From: a virus
Length of the DNA stretch: 64,000 nt
Virus record (IMG/VR): IMGVR_UViG_3300048592_001371
Span: 59,554 to 123,553 of that record
Reading direction: 5' to 3' (one strand)
Under the pieces are notes generated by a model. The model saw nothing but the letters and a program-made list of their open reading frames with translations. It had not been told where the DNA came from and made no database searches. Both the position numbers and the translations under genes were made by a program. Of the stretch, positions 26,627 through 35,017 are shown one piece after another (position 1 is the stretch's first letter; every line of letters begins with the position of its first letter).

Positions 26627-26680
26627 ACAGGGTATCGCGGTCACTAGAAATCACCTAGCCGCGATACCCTGTTTGTTTTT
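26627..26680 (+). terminator. Rho-independent terminator
   Basis: Perfect 14-bp stem ACAGGGTATCGCGG/CCGCGATACCCTGT followed by TTGTTTTT. Confidence 0.85.
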
Positions 26681-27715
26681 ATGACTATGTGGACAGAAGG
26701 TATTGCGATCGGTGACTTGCACACCGACAAAGCCAACTTGGCTAAGTATTTCGACGATCCATTAGCCCTGCAAATGAAGGCCGTCGACAAGCGTCTCCAA
26801 TACGCATTGGGGCGCGGAATCCGCTACGTCCTCTTCTTGGGCGACATCTGTGAATACGTCCAGATGTCGGAAGCGGCTCGCGTCGCTTTCCTGCGCCTAC
26901 TCAAGAAGTATGATGGGAGGCTAGAAATCTACATCATTCTCGGCAATCACGACTACGCAGAGAGTGGGGTTCATAGTCTGCTATCCTTCATCGAGATGTG
27001 CCGACATGGTATGTTTGAGACCGTTCACGTCTTCGACACGCCTCAGATTGTAGAGCTTGGAAAAGTGCCGTTTCACTTCTTGCCCTACCCACATACCAAA
27101 CCCTTGGACAAATCGCCGGGGGTTTGCGTAGCACACTACGAGGTACGTGGAGCCAAGCGGGACAACGGTCGTATCATCAAGGAAGGGGACACACCAGAAT
27201 TCAAAAGGCACATGTTCATACAGGGACATTTGCATACGCCTCAGGTAGTGGGAAGACACGTCTACGCAGGTACTCTGTATCAGATGTCCTTTGGCGAAAC
27301 GCTCGACAAAGGCTTTCTACGCTTCCGTTGTCGGATAGTAGACGGACAGTTGGAATTCAAGCATAAACACGTATCAATCGAGCCTGAGTTCAAGCTTGTA
27401 AATTTGGTAGTAGAGGACAAACAGGATCTGAAGAAGATAACGAGTGATCCGACTACCCGATACAAACTCTTTGTCCAGGAGGACGTCTCGATCCCGAACG
27501 ACTTCCTGTTAAAGCACACAAACATTGTGAACCGTTTGTCGTTCTCTTCGCAGGAAGAACTCCAGGCCTTGGAGAACGAAGAATTTGCACTAGAGACACA
27601 GTCAATAGAGCTGTCTCATGAGAGGTTGCTGCCCAATTTTTTGAAGAAGAAGTTGGGACTAGGCAAGCCGCAGATCAACCGAGCACTTGAGCTGTTGGAC
27701 AGGTTCAAAAAATGA
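26681..27715 (+). CDS. sbcD: SbcD/Mre11-like nuclease
   Basis: Metallophosphoesterase motifs GDLH, LGD, GNHD, AH and GHLH. Confidence 0.88.
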   Translation: MTMWTEGIAIGDLHTDKANLAKYFDDPLALQMKAVDKRLQYALGRGIRYVLFLGDICEYVQMSEAARVAFLRLLKKYDGRLEIYIILGNHDYAESGVHSLLSFIEMCRHGMFETVHVFDTPQIVELGKVPFHFLPYPHTKPLDKSPGVCVAHYEVRGAKRDNGRIIKEGDTPEFKRHMFIQGHLHTPQVVGRHVYAGTLYQMSFGETLDKGFLRFRCRIVDGQLEFKHKHVSIEPEFKLVNLVVEDKQDLKKITSDPTTRYKLFVQEDVSIPNDFLLKHTNIVNRLSFSSQEELQALENEEFALETQSIELSHERLLPNFLKKKLGLGKPQINRALELLDRFKK

Positions 27716-28377
27716 AAACCATCTCGGTACAGGTAGGAACGCGTACCTTTCAATTGGAGCGTTCTGATCCTGTCAGCGTAATCGGTGATGAGGAGTTAGA
27801 CCATCACCTGTACCATCTTGGGAGTGTGTGCTGGCGTTTCTTCAGTTCCTATATCGATCAGTTGTCGAAGAAGATTCTGGATGGGACGTTGAAGTCGAAT
27901 AGCATCTATAGTGAGGCTCTTGAAGACGTTAGGACTTTGGTAGAGAAACCGGACATAGCAGACACACTTTCTCGCTACGAAGTGCTGTTCCAGTATCGTC
28001 GCCTTATGCGACTGGTCAATCAAATAGATTGGTCCGGTGCCGAATATTTGGAACCAGGAAGTGTTACGCGTGATTTGGTATCCCGGGTAGACACCTACTT
28101 TAATCAAGCGCGTACCGATCAACATTTTGTGTTCTTGAACGTGCTGCAGAGCAAACGCGTCCCCAAGCAGTTGATCGATCTGTTAGATGCTCCAAGGGTG
28201 GTGGCGGTAACGGCTAAGAAAAGGCGTTTGACTACTGAGCCAGCCTTGGGAGTAGAGCTGACCGTTTATACCGCCATTGAAGGATCGGATGACGACTTGG
28301 GTCAGATCGATAGCGTATTCCTGCTGCGTCAAGGACTGGATGGCTATCAAGGCATGCCGTTGGAGCAACACCTGTGA
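27712..28377 (+). CDS. Hypothetical protein
   Basis: ATGA-coupled 221-aa ORF. Confidence 0.6.
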   Translation: MKTISVQVGTRTFQLERSDPVSVIGDEELDHHLYHLGSVCWRFFSSYIDQLSKKILDGTLKSNSIYSEALEDVRTLVEKPDIADTLSRYEVLFQYRRLMRLVNQIDWSGAEYLEPGSVTRDLVSRVDTYFNQARTDQHFVFLNVLQSKRVPKQLIDLLDAPRVVAVTAKKRRLTTEPALGVELTVYTAIEGSDDDLGQIDSVFLLRQGLDGYQGMPLEQHL

Positions 28378-28379
28378 AG

Positions 28380-28387
28380 TGTAAATA
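28380..28387 (+). promoter_or_regulatory. TGTAAATA putative promoter upstream of dnaX
   Basis: Exact motif in a short intergenic gap. Confidence 0.6.
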
Positions 28388-28401
28388 GACTGGACACGTT
28401 G

Positions 28402-29493
28402 ATGGCAACAGACAAAACAATGAAAGCAGTACAGCCTTGGGCAACCAAGTATCGTCCGCGCAAGTTCGGAGAAGTCGTAGGACAAGACGACGTAGTGATG
28501 CGTCTTCGCGGTATCATCAAAAGCCGGGCCTTGCCGAACGCCATTCTGTTCGCAGGCCCGTCTGGCTGCGGCAAAACTACGTTGGCTCGCATTTTTGCTC
28601 GCTATGTGAATTGCGACGAAGGAACGCTCTGCGGCAAATGTCCGTCCTGTTTGGAGCCGTTTGACAACCACCCAGATATTCTGGAGACGAATGCCGCCGA
28701 TGCACGGGGTATTGACGACATCCGCAATCTGATACGGCAAGCGCAATTCAAACCGCGGAACCATATTCGGGTGTTCATCATTGACGAAACGCATCAGCTG
28801 ACGCCGCAGGCCCAGCAAGCGTTCCTCAAACCTTTGGAACAGCCACCGTCGCATACGCTGTATATCTTCTGCACTACGGATCCGCAAAAGTTCACGGACG
28901 CAATGTTGAACCGTTGTCAGAGGATGGAAATTCTCCTACCGTCGAAAGAAGCTCTGATCGAACGGTTGAAGAAGATTGCGGAGAAGGAAAGCCTCAAGAT
29001 TGAGAATAGCGTGTATGCCGCGGCTGCGGAGTATTCCGGCGGTCACGTTCGCAGCGCTATTAACATCCTGGAGGGAGCGGCGCAGATGTTGCGCGCTGAT
29101 CCGAAGATCGAGACGAAGAAGCTCGTTAAGAAGTTGGCTGCGAATACCGAGCCCGAATCAGCAATGGTCGCTGTCAAGATATTGCTTGGCCTGTATCTTG
29201 GCAAGAAGAAACCTGTTGTAGCAGCAATCTTCGATTGCAGCAATGCGATCGAGTTGCTGAATTTGTGTCTGCGTATGAACCAATACCTGATTGGTACAGA
29301 GTATGCGCCTGAGAGCCGCAACATTTGGCATACCGCAGATTTGAAACGCTTCAAGGTGCTTGTGAAAGACAAGTGCCCTGACGTTTCTGTTTCGCACTTC
29401 CTTGAGGTGCACAAAAGGTTGGTAGACCTGCGAGCGGAGTTGCAAAACTTTGCTGTCGCGGAAATTCCCTTACTCTTAGCGAGGCTAACATGA
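28402..29493 (+). CDS. dnaX: Clamp loader ATPase, DnaX gamma-like
   Basis: WATKYRP.KF.EVVGQ, GPSGCGKTT, C..CGKCPSC, IIDETH, LKPLE and NRC. Confidence 0.93.
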   Translation: MATDKTMKAVQPWATKYRPRKFGEVVGQDDVVMRLRGIIKSRALPNAILFAGPSGCGKTTLARIFARYVNCDEGTLCGKCPSCLEPFDNHPDILETNAADARGIDDIRNLIRQAQFKPRNHIRVFIIDETHQLTPQAQQAFLKPLEQPPSHTLYIFCTTDPQKFTDAMLNRCQRMEILLPSKEALIERLKKIAEKESLKIENSVYAAAAEYSGGHVRSAINILEGAAQMLRADPKIETKKLVKKLAANTEPESAMVAVKILLGLYLGKKKPVVAAIFDCSNAIELLNLCLRMNQYLIGTEYAPESRNIWHTADLKRFKVLVKDKCPDVSVSHFLEVHKRLVDLRAELQNFAVAEIPLLLARLT

Positions 29494-29882
29494 TCATGAC
29501 CACCTTCAACAAGGCTGGTAGCAAAAAGGTTCGGACAATTGGTTTGACCAAGCTGGCAATCTCTGCCAAGGCCACCGTAGAACAGGACGCACTGCCTGCC
29601 AATAACTTCGACGTTACGGCCTCGAAGCTCCGTTTGGCCGAAGACGTGCTGGCCGCAGCTTGCAACAGCCCGTGGCTCGACAAGGCACCCTCCCGGGCTG
29701 TTGCAATGGAAAGACTCACAGAGGAGCTGCGTCTGTACTTAACGCAGCCGCGCTTCGATCATCTGAGCCTCCAAATGGAGCATGAGAAGCTCAAGCAAGA
29801 ACACGAGGCTCTCAAGCGCAGCCACATATCCCTCAAGGGCGCCTTCACCAAGCAACAGAAAAAGAGCGAGGCCGCGAAATGA
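29490..29882 (+). CDS. Hypothetical protein
   Basis: Coupled ORF with GAGG RBS. Confidence 0.6.
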   Translation: MIMTTFNKAGSKKVRTIGLTKLAISAKATVEQDALPANNFDVTASKLRLAEDVLAAACNSPWLDKAPSRAVAMERLTEELRLYLTQPRFDHLSLQMEHEKLKQEHEALKRSHISLKGAFTKQQKKSEAAK

Positions 29883-30370
29883 GCGAGGCGATCGGACAAA
29901 CCTCAGCACCTGCTCTCACAGGTCCCAAGACTCTTGAACAGCGCGTTCGAGTACGTGTCCAGGAGTCGATCAACAGCGTTCTGGAAGACGAGGAACTGAA
30001 CAAGCTCGTGGACGATGAGCTGGTCAAACTTCTCAAGGGACACACGATACCCGCACGTGACAGTTGGACCAAACCGGTGGAGCATCCACCTGTGCTTCCC
30101 CTCTGGGTGAAATCCGAAGCCGAAGCCCAGATGAAAGCGCGTCTTGCGGCGCGAATCACGGAGCTGCTCAACGCACCTGAATTCCAGATAAATCGTTCCT
30201 ACGATGGGTCGTCCTCGAATCCCTTGATCGAATTCGGTCCCGAACTGGAGAAGGCGTTCCGAGCAATCGCTCCTTTACTGGTGCAGAACATGTTCGGAGA
30301 GCTGATTGCGTTCTCTATTCAGCAAATGAAGAACGCGCTCATGAATCAGAATTCGGGTCGAGGTTACTGA
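29879..30370 (+). CDS. Hypothetical protein
   Basis: Coupled, helical ORF. Confidence 0.6.
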   Translation: MSEAIGQTSAPALTGPKTLEQRVRVRVQESINSVLEDEELNKLVDDELVKLLKGHTIPARDSWTKPVEHPPVLPLWVKSEAEAQMKARLAARITELLNAPEFQINRSYDGSSSNPLIEFGPELEKAFRAIAPLLVQNMFGELIAFSIQQMKNALMNQNSGRGY

Positions 30371-30371
30371 G

Positions 30372-30791
30372 ATGGAGACTCTGATGCGTTCGTCACTGCT
30401 GTCCTGGTTCCACAAACTCCTGTACGGGAAACGCGAGCAAAAACAGTTGCCACGTACCTTGGATAAAATCCTGAACATCGACGTGGTACGTGGACATGAC
30501 AGTCTGGACGTGCATCTGGACAAACCACTACGCATCTATGCACCGCTAATCGTACTCCGTTCGACCGAGGCCGGACTATGGTTGAACCCACAGATAGACA
30601 ACATTCCGGCATTGGTAGAACGATTCGAGCGTGAGCAGGACAGACACCGAGCCGGAAATTTCGTGCACGTTCCATTCAAGCAAATGCTGGCCCACAAGAG
30701 GGCTCACCAGTCAAGCGCCATGTTCAAAGCGGAGGCCTATCGGAAAAAGAAAGGCTGTGGGAAATGCGGCGGTTGTTCAGGTTGTCACTGA
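30372..30791 (+). CDS. Hypothetical protein with C-terminal CxxCxxCxxC
   Basis: Ends GCGKCGGCSGCH. Confidence 0.55.
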   Translation: METLMRSSLLSWFHKLLYGKREQKQLPRTLDKILNIDVVRGHDSLDVHLDKPLRIYAPLIVLRSTEAGLWLNPQIDNIPALVERFEREQDRHRAGNFVHVPFKQMLAHKRAHQSSAMFKAEAYRKKKGCGKCGGCSGCH

Positions 30792-30800
30792 GGAGAAACC

Positions 30801-31028
30801 ATGGAAGAGATCGTCGAAGTTTTACGAGGTATCCAAACGTCCTTGGATCAACAGAATCAGATCCTCGAACGCCAGACGCAAGTTCTGGAGAAGATCAATT
30901 TCTTCGATCATGAATTGGCCCGAGCGCAGCAGATGGTTCATCTGAAACGCAATCCCGATCTGATGAAGGCAGTCATAGAGGAAATGCAGACTCCCACAAT
31001 ACTTCCTGATTCAGGACCGCCGAAATGA
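30801..31028 (+). CDS. Hypothetical protein
   Basis: GAGGAG RBS. Confidence 0.6.
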   Translation: MEEIVEVLRGIQTSLDQQNQILERQTQVLEKINFFDHELARAQQMVHLKRNPDLMKAVIEEMQTPTILPDSGPPK

Positions 31029-31306
31029 TTCCGGTTGTCCGTTTGGGGGACCTATCCTCGGGCCATTGTTATTCCCCACGCCCGAACGACGAAGCCTCGC
31101 CCGACGTATTCGCCAACAGCATTCCAGTGCATCGACAGGGTGACCACTGGATGACTCATTGCTGTGGAGACGATTGTCACGATGGACGATTGGCTTCCGG
31201 GTCGCCCGACACCTTCACCAATGGAAAGCAAACTTGCCGGATCGGTGATCCGGTGAATTGTGGGGATTTCGCCAATACTGGCTCACCTGACGTTTTCGTG
31301 AACTAA
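31025..31306 (+). CDS. PAAR-repeat baseplate spike-tip protein
   Basis: VRLGD..SGH, SPDVFANSIP..RQGD and RIGD...CG....GSPDVF. Confidence 0.9.
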   Translation: MIPVVRLGDLSSGHCYSPRPNDEASPDVFANSIPVHRQGDHWMTHCCGDDCHDGRLASGSPDTFTNGKQTCRIGDPVNCGDFANTGSPDVFVN

Positions 31307-31307
31307 C

Positions 31308-31703
31308 ATGGACAAAGAACAGATAATCGACAAAGGCGTGGTAGCAACAGCAATCCTGACCAATGGCATTGAGGTCATAGGCCTCTTCTTCAACATTGTG
31401 TTCGAGGATGGCTACTGGAGGTTGATCGATGAAGAGAATCGTCTGATCCGCATTGAGCGGCCCCTACGTCTGCTTACTGGAATCATACTCGCTCCGCACG
31501 AGAACGGTCTGGTGCCGCAACCCGTCGCTAACCCGGCTCCTATGTTGTCCATGGGAATGAATATCAACGAATTCTCCTTGGACTTCTCTGAGTTCTTCAT
31601 CATGATGCCGGCCAATCCCGGTGCCGAGAAGATGTACCTTCAACTTACTTCCGGGATTGCAATGCCGAATGCACAGCAAGCGTCCTCCATACTTCGGAGC
31701 TAA
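31308..31703 (+). CDS. Hypothetical protein (Sm-like pattern)
   Basis: ILTNGIEVIG N-terminus and YLQLTSGIAMP C-terminus. Confidence 0.5.
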   Translation: MDKEQIIDKGVVATAILTNGIEVIGLFFNIVFEDGYWRLIDEENRLIRIERPLRLLTGIILAPHENGLVPQPVANPAPMLSMGMNINEFSLDFSEFFIMMPANPGAEKMYLQLTSGIAMPNAQQASSILRS

Positions 31704-31706
31704 GTC

Positions 31707-32312
31707 ATGCGCGTGATAGGGATTCTTGGCGAGAAAGGTAGCGGCAAGTCTACCGTGGCGAAGATTATCACTCGGCTACTCCCTTGTAGGATGTATGCCT
31801 TTGCAGACCCTCTCAAGGAACTGTGCCAAGACATCTATTGCCTTCCGCACGAATGCTTCTACGGGGACGATGACCAAAAGAACAAGGTCGTGGAAGAGAT
31901 AGGTGTATCCGGCCGTCACATACTCCAATTCATCGGCACAGAGGTGTTCCGCAACATAGATGAACATACGTGGATCAACTATCTGGAAAGGGAGTTGCAA
32001 AAGCTCAGTGTCGAGAACCTTCGACCCATCCCGCGCATTCTGCGTCTGCTAGGGATCAAGAAGAAAATGATCCACGCCGTCATTCAAGACGTTCGCTTCC
32101 TCAACGAAGCCGAAATGCTGCTATTCCTGCGCTGGTCTTGCCCTAGTATCGACACCAGCGTTGTCTACGTCACCGGCCGCGGCGGTAGTGACGACAAACA
32201 CGCCTCTGAGGTTGAGGTTCGCAAGACGGCTGCTAAGTCCACACATTGCATCAAGAACAATGGAACCCTTGCGGATCTTGAGAACAAGGTCAAATACACC
32301 TTGGATATCTGA
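31707..32312 (+). CDS. Deoxynucleoside monophosphate kinase
   Basis: GEKGSGKST, FADPLK, RHILQFIGTE, DVRF.NE and HASE. Confidence 0.9.
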   Translation: MRVIGILGEKGSGKSTVAKIITRLLPCRMYAFADPLKELCQDIYCLPHECFYGDDDQKNKVVEEIGVSGRHILQFIGTEVFRNIDEHTWINYLERELQKLSVENLRPIPRILRLLGIKKKMIHAVIQDVRFLNEAEMLLFLRWSCPSIDTSVVYVTGRGGSDDKHASEVEVRKTAAKSTHCIKNNGTLADLENKVKYTLDI

Positions 32313-32313
32313 C

Positions 32314-32538
32314 ATGGGCGATGCCGCGGACGACTGTTTCGACCTAGCTCTGCAACAGCAAGTAGAACATGACACTGACGTGGCCTACTGGATGCAGCAA
32401 AAGGACTCGGTACTGAAATTGGCTACTGCCAAGTCTCGCAAGCCAATAATCGTTTCGATCCGCCAGCAAAGAAATCTCAGTCACAAACAACGCCTGGTCC
32501 TGGCGCGCTACATAGCGAACAAACAGGACGATTCTTAG
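32314..32538 (+). CDS. Hypothetical protein
   Basis: MGDAADD start directly after the upstream stop. Confidence 0.55.
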   Translation: MGDAADDCFDLALQQQVEHDTDVAYWMQQKDSVLKLATAKSRKPIIVSIRQQRNLSHKQRLVLARYIANKQDDS

Positions 32539-32547
32539 GAGAATAAA

Positions 32548-33921
32548 ATGCAAGAACACGAAGTCACGATTCTGCCGTCCGAGTATCGCTCCGATCCCGA
32601 GGTAGTGGCCATGCTGCAAGCCTTCTATTCCCGGTCGATCGAGGGCATTAAGCCTCGTTTGGAACGTCTTGGTCCGGATCTGGGAGGCGTCAAGAAGAGC
32701 CTCAATCAGTACATGGTCAACTATGGACACGCAAGCATCGGCGACTGCGCTACCGTCCCTATCTTCCTCGAAAACGTCTCCATCCTAGCAGCGAAGGCCA
32801 TCCAGGACAGCCCGCTCTTCAATGGCCAGGAATGCAGCACACGTTACATTGAGTTGAGCGGGAAGTGCTACAGCACGGGTGCCGTCATGTCGAAATTCCA
32901 GAGAGACTGGCTGGCGATGTATCACGAGACGCTCGAAGCCCTGATCGAAGGAATCACGCAGAAGCACCCTATCACGGACTATTTCGAGAATCCTACCGAA
33001 GCCGAGTCGAAGAAATACCAGAACACTGTCAAGGCCAAAGCCTTCGACATAGCCCGCGCTTTCATCCCGGCGGGTGCGTGTACGAATACGAGCTGGAACG
33101 CTACTCTTCGCAAGGCCAAAGAGCATTGCCTGTTCCTGATGGGACATCCTCTGGTCGAGGTTCGCTCTATCGCTGTGTCCACGCTCTCGCGTCTCGCAAG
33201 CGAGTTCCCGCATTCCTTCCTGTCGCAAGGAGAGCTTCTCACTAAGGAAGATACCGAAGTCAGCGCCTGGCACGTTGCAAATCCCGAGCTGTATTATCAG
33301 ACGGACAGTTCGCTGACCAGCCTTACAGACCGCGCCGTTCTCTTCTCTGGCAAATTGTCAGATACGGTTAGGAACCTTATCACTTCCATGCCCCGCAAGA
33401 GAACATATCTGCCACAGGCGTTTAACCACGAGGTGGAAGTCGAGCTCCGTGGGACGATAGACTATGGTTGTTGGCGTGAGCTTCAGCGGCACCGCAATGG
33501 AGTGTGTCGCAATCCGCTGCTTACCCCACACATGGGAATTCACAACTGGTACTACTCGCAGCTTGAAGAGTATCTTCCAGAGCAGAAAATGGAAGACCTT
33601 CGGTCGAGGATAGCCTTCCTCTTCCTAGAGATAATGGACACCCTCAAGTACGACGACTACGGCCGACAGTATGCCCTCCCTCTTGGGACAGTTGTCCTGT
33701 TTAAGGTTCATTACGGTCTGTCCGAGATTTTGTATTTCTCTCGTCTGCGTTCCAGCACAACGGTACATCCCATTCTCAGGCGAATCACGCAGTTCCTGGC
33801 CCGAGAGTTTGAAACCAACTATGGCGTGTCCACAATGGCGGACATGTCCGAGGAAGCAAAGGGATTGAATCTGAAACGTGGTTCACAAACCATTGAAAAG
33901 AAGGAGACATCAAATGCCTAG
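32548..33921 (+). CDS. thyX: FAD-dependent thymidylate synthase (long, tandem-domain form)
   Basis: YGHASIGD, QECSTRYI, FDIARAFIP and RELQRHR. Confidence 0.85.
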   Translation: MQEHEVTILPSEYRSDPEVVAMLQAFYSRSIEGIKPRLERLGPDLGGVKKSLNQYMVNYGHASIGDCATVPIFLENVSILAAKAIQDSPLFNGQECSTRYIELSGKCYSTGAVMSKFQRDWLAMYHETLEALIEGITQKHPITDYFENPTEAESKKYQNTVKAKAFDIARAFIPAGACTNTSWNATLRKAKEHCLFLMGHPLVEVRSIAVSTLSRLASEFPHSFLSQGELLTKEDTEVSAWHVANPELYYQTDSSLTSLTDRAVLFSGKLSDTVRNLITSMPRKRTYLPQAFNHEVEVELRGTIDYGCWRELQRHRNGVCRNPLLTPHMGIHNWYYSQLEEYLPEQKMEDLRSRIAFLFLEIMDTLKYDDYGRQYALPLGTVVLFKVHYGLSEILYFSRLRSSTTVHPILRRITQFLAREFETNYGVSTMADMSEEAKGLNLKRGSQTIEKKETSNA

Positions 33922-34435
33922 CAAGCAAGTCCGATCGCCGTATTGGGATACGGAGAAGTACCCCTCGGTGTATGACGACGGACACCACGAGGTAAAGATC
34001 CTGAAGGTGATGTCGCGCCAGCACTACTTCCTGCGTCGTGAACGTGTCACGGGGGACTACCTGAATTCCCCAAAGGATCTTAGCCAATCCCGACCTCCGG
34101 TCGACCTCACGGTGGCCTACGATCTGAAAGGACGCTATCTGGGTAATCCAGACACGGCTCTGGTCCTGTGTCGGGACCATGGCATAGAACAATTTGAGCT
34201 TGCTTCTCCGACCAACAAGACACTGTCCGTCGGATTCAGCCCTTCCAAGAATCGTTGGTTCGGCTGGTCGCATCGAGCGATTTGTGGCTTTAGCATAGGC
34301 GACAAATTGTTCGACGAAGAGGCCTACGCGACATTATCGGACAAGACACCTTTCCGAAACGCTGGTAAGACTACGATCCGAACCCTGGATCAGGCCAAAC
34401 AAGCAGCCATCAATTTCGCCAAGTACATATCCTGA
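33914..34435 (+). CDS. Hypothetical protein
   Basis: AAGGAG RBS; SVGFS....WFGWSHRA motif. Confidence 0.6.
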   Translation: MPSKQVRSPYWDTEKYPSVYDDGHHEVKILKVMSRQHYFLRRERVTGDYLNSPKDLSQSRPPVDLTVAYDLKGRYLGNPDTALVLCRDHGIEQFELASPTNKTLSVGFSPSKNRWFGWSHRAICGFSIGDKLFDEEAYATLSDKTPFRNAGKTTIRTLDQAKQAAINFAKYIS

Positions 34436-34436
34436 C

Positions 34437-35006
34437 ATGAAAACCTTCCTTGACATCATTGACGAACACGGACCGGAGTTGTTCCGCTGTTACGCGATAG
34501 CCAATTTTGTTCCTACGTATCCGGACTTCATCAACGAATTCCACGGACTTCTCGCAAATCAAACGCGCCGAATAGCGTGGTTCCGTGAGCACGACTTTTC
34601 CGATCCGCATTACTATCTGGCCCAGCCAATTACCGGCTTCAACGGTGGCAAGCCCGAGTGGCACACAAAGCTGGGAACAGTCGTCAAGTTAGCGGATCCG
34701 ACGGGAGACCATGTACTCCCTCCGAGTACGCTCAGTCCGAAGCTGATCGTCGCTATCGACTTCCTGTTGATTCTCAGTTCATTGGGCGTCATCTGGGACA
34801 TGACGAATGGTCCGAGCGTGGGCGCGACGGCCGAAGTTTGTTTCGCAAACATTATGAACCGACACGTTCTCATGATACGCGGAGCCAATCAGCGCGTGTC
34901 TGCTTTCGCCGAGGCTATGTGTCAGAGCGTCGCGACTCCCAATCAGTTGATCGATCAGATCATCGCTGGTCAAACTCCGTTGACGGTAAATAGAGGAGAC
35001 TCCTGA
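34437..35006 (+). CDS. Nucleoside 2'-deoxyribosyltransferase / N-glycosidase-like protein
   Basis: YYLAQPITG, DP, IDFLLI and SVGATAEV fit the NDT/RCL-type fold. Confidence 0.6.
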   Translation: MKTFLDIIDEHGPELFRCYAIANFVPTYPDFINEFHGLLANQTRRIAWFREHDFSDPHYYLAQPITGFNGGKPEWHTKLGTVVKLADPTGDHVLPPSTLSPKLIVAIDFLLILSSLGVIWDMTNGPSVGATAEVCFANIMNRHVLMIRGANQRVSAFAEAMCQSVATPNQLIDQIIAGQTPLTVNRGDS

Positions 35007-35017
35007 TAGGAACGTAA

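Noticed and set aside
28402-29882. DnaX programmed frameshift to a tau-like product using ORF 29490
   Set aside because: No A AAA AAG-type slippery site at the junction; the next ORF has its own RBS and ATGA coupling.
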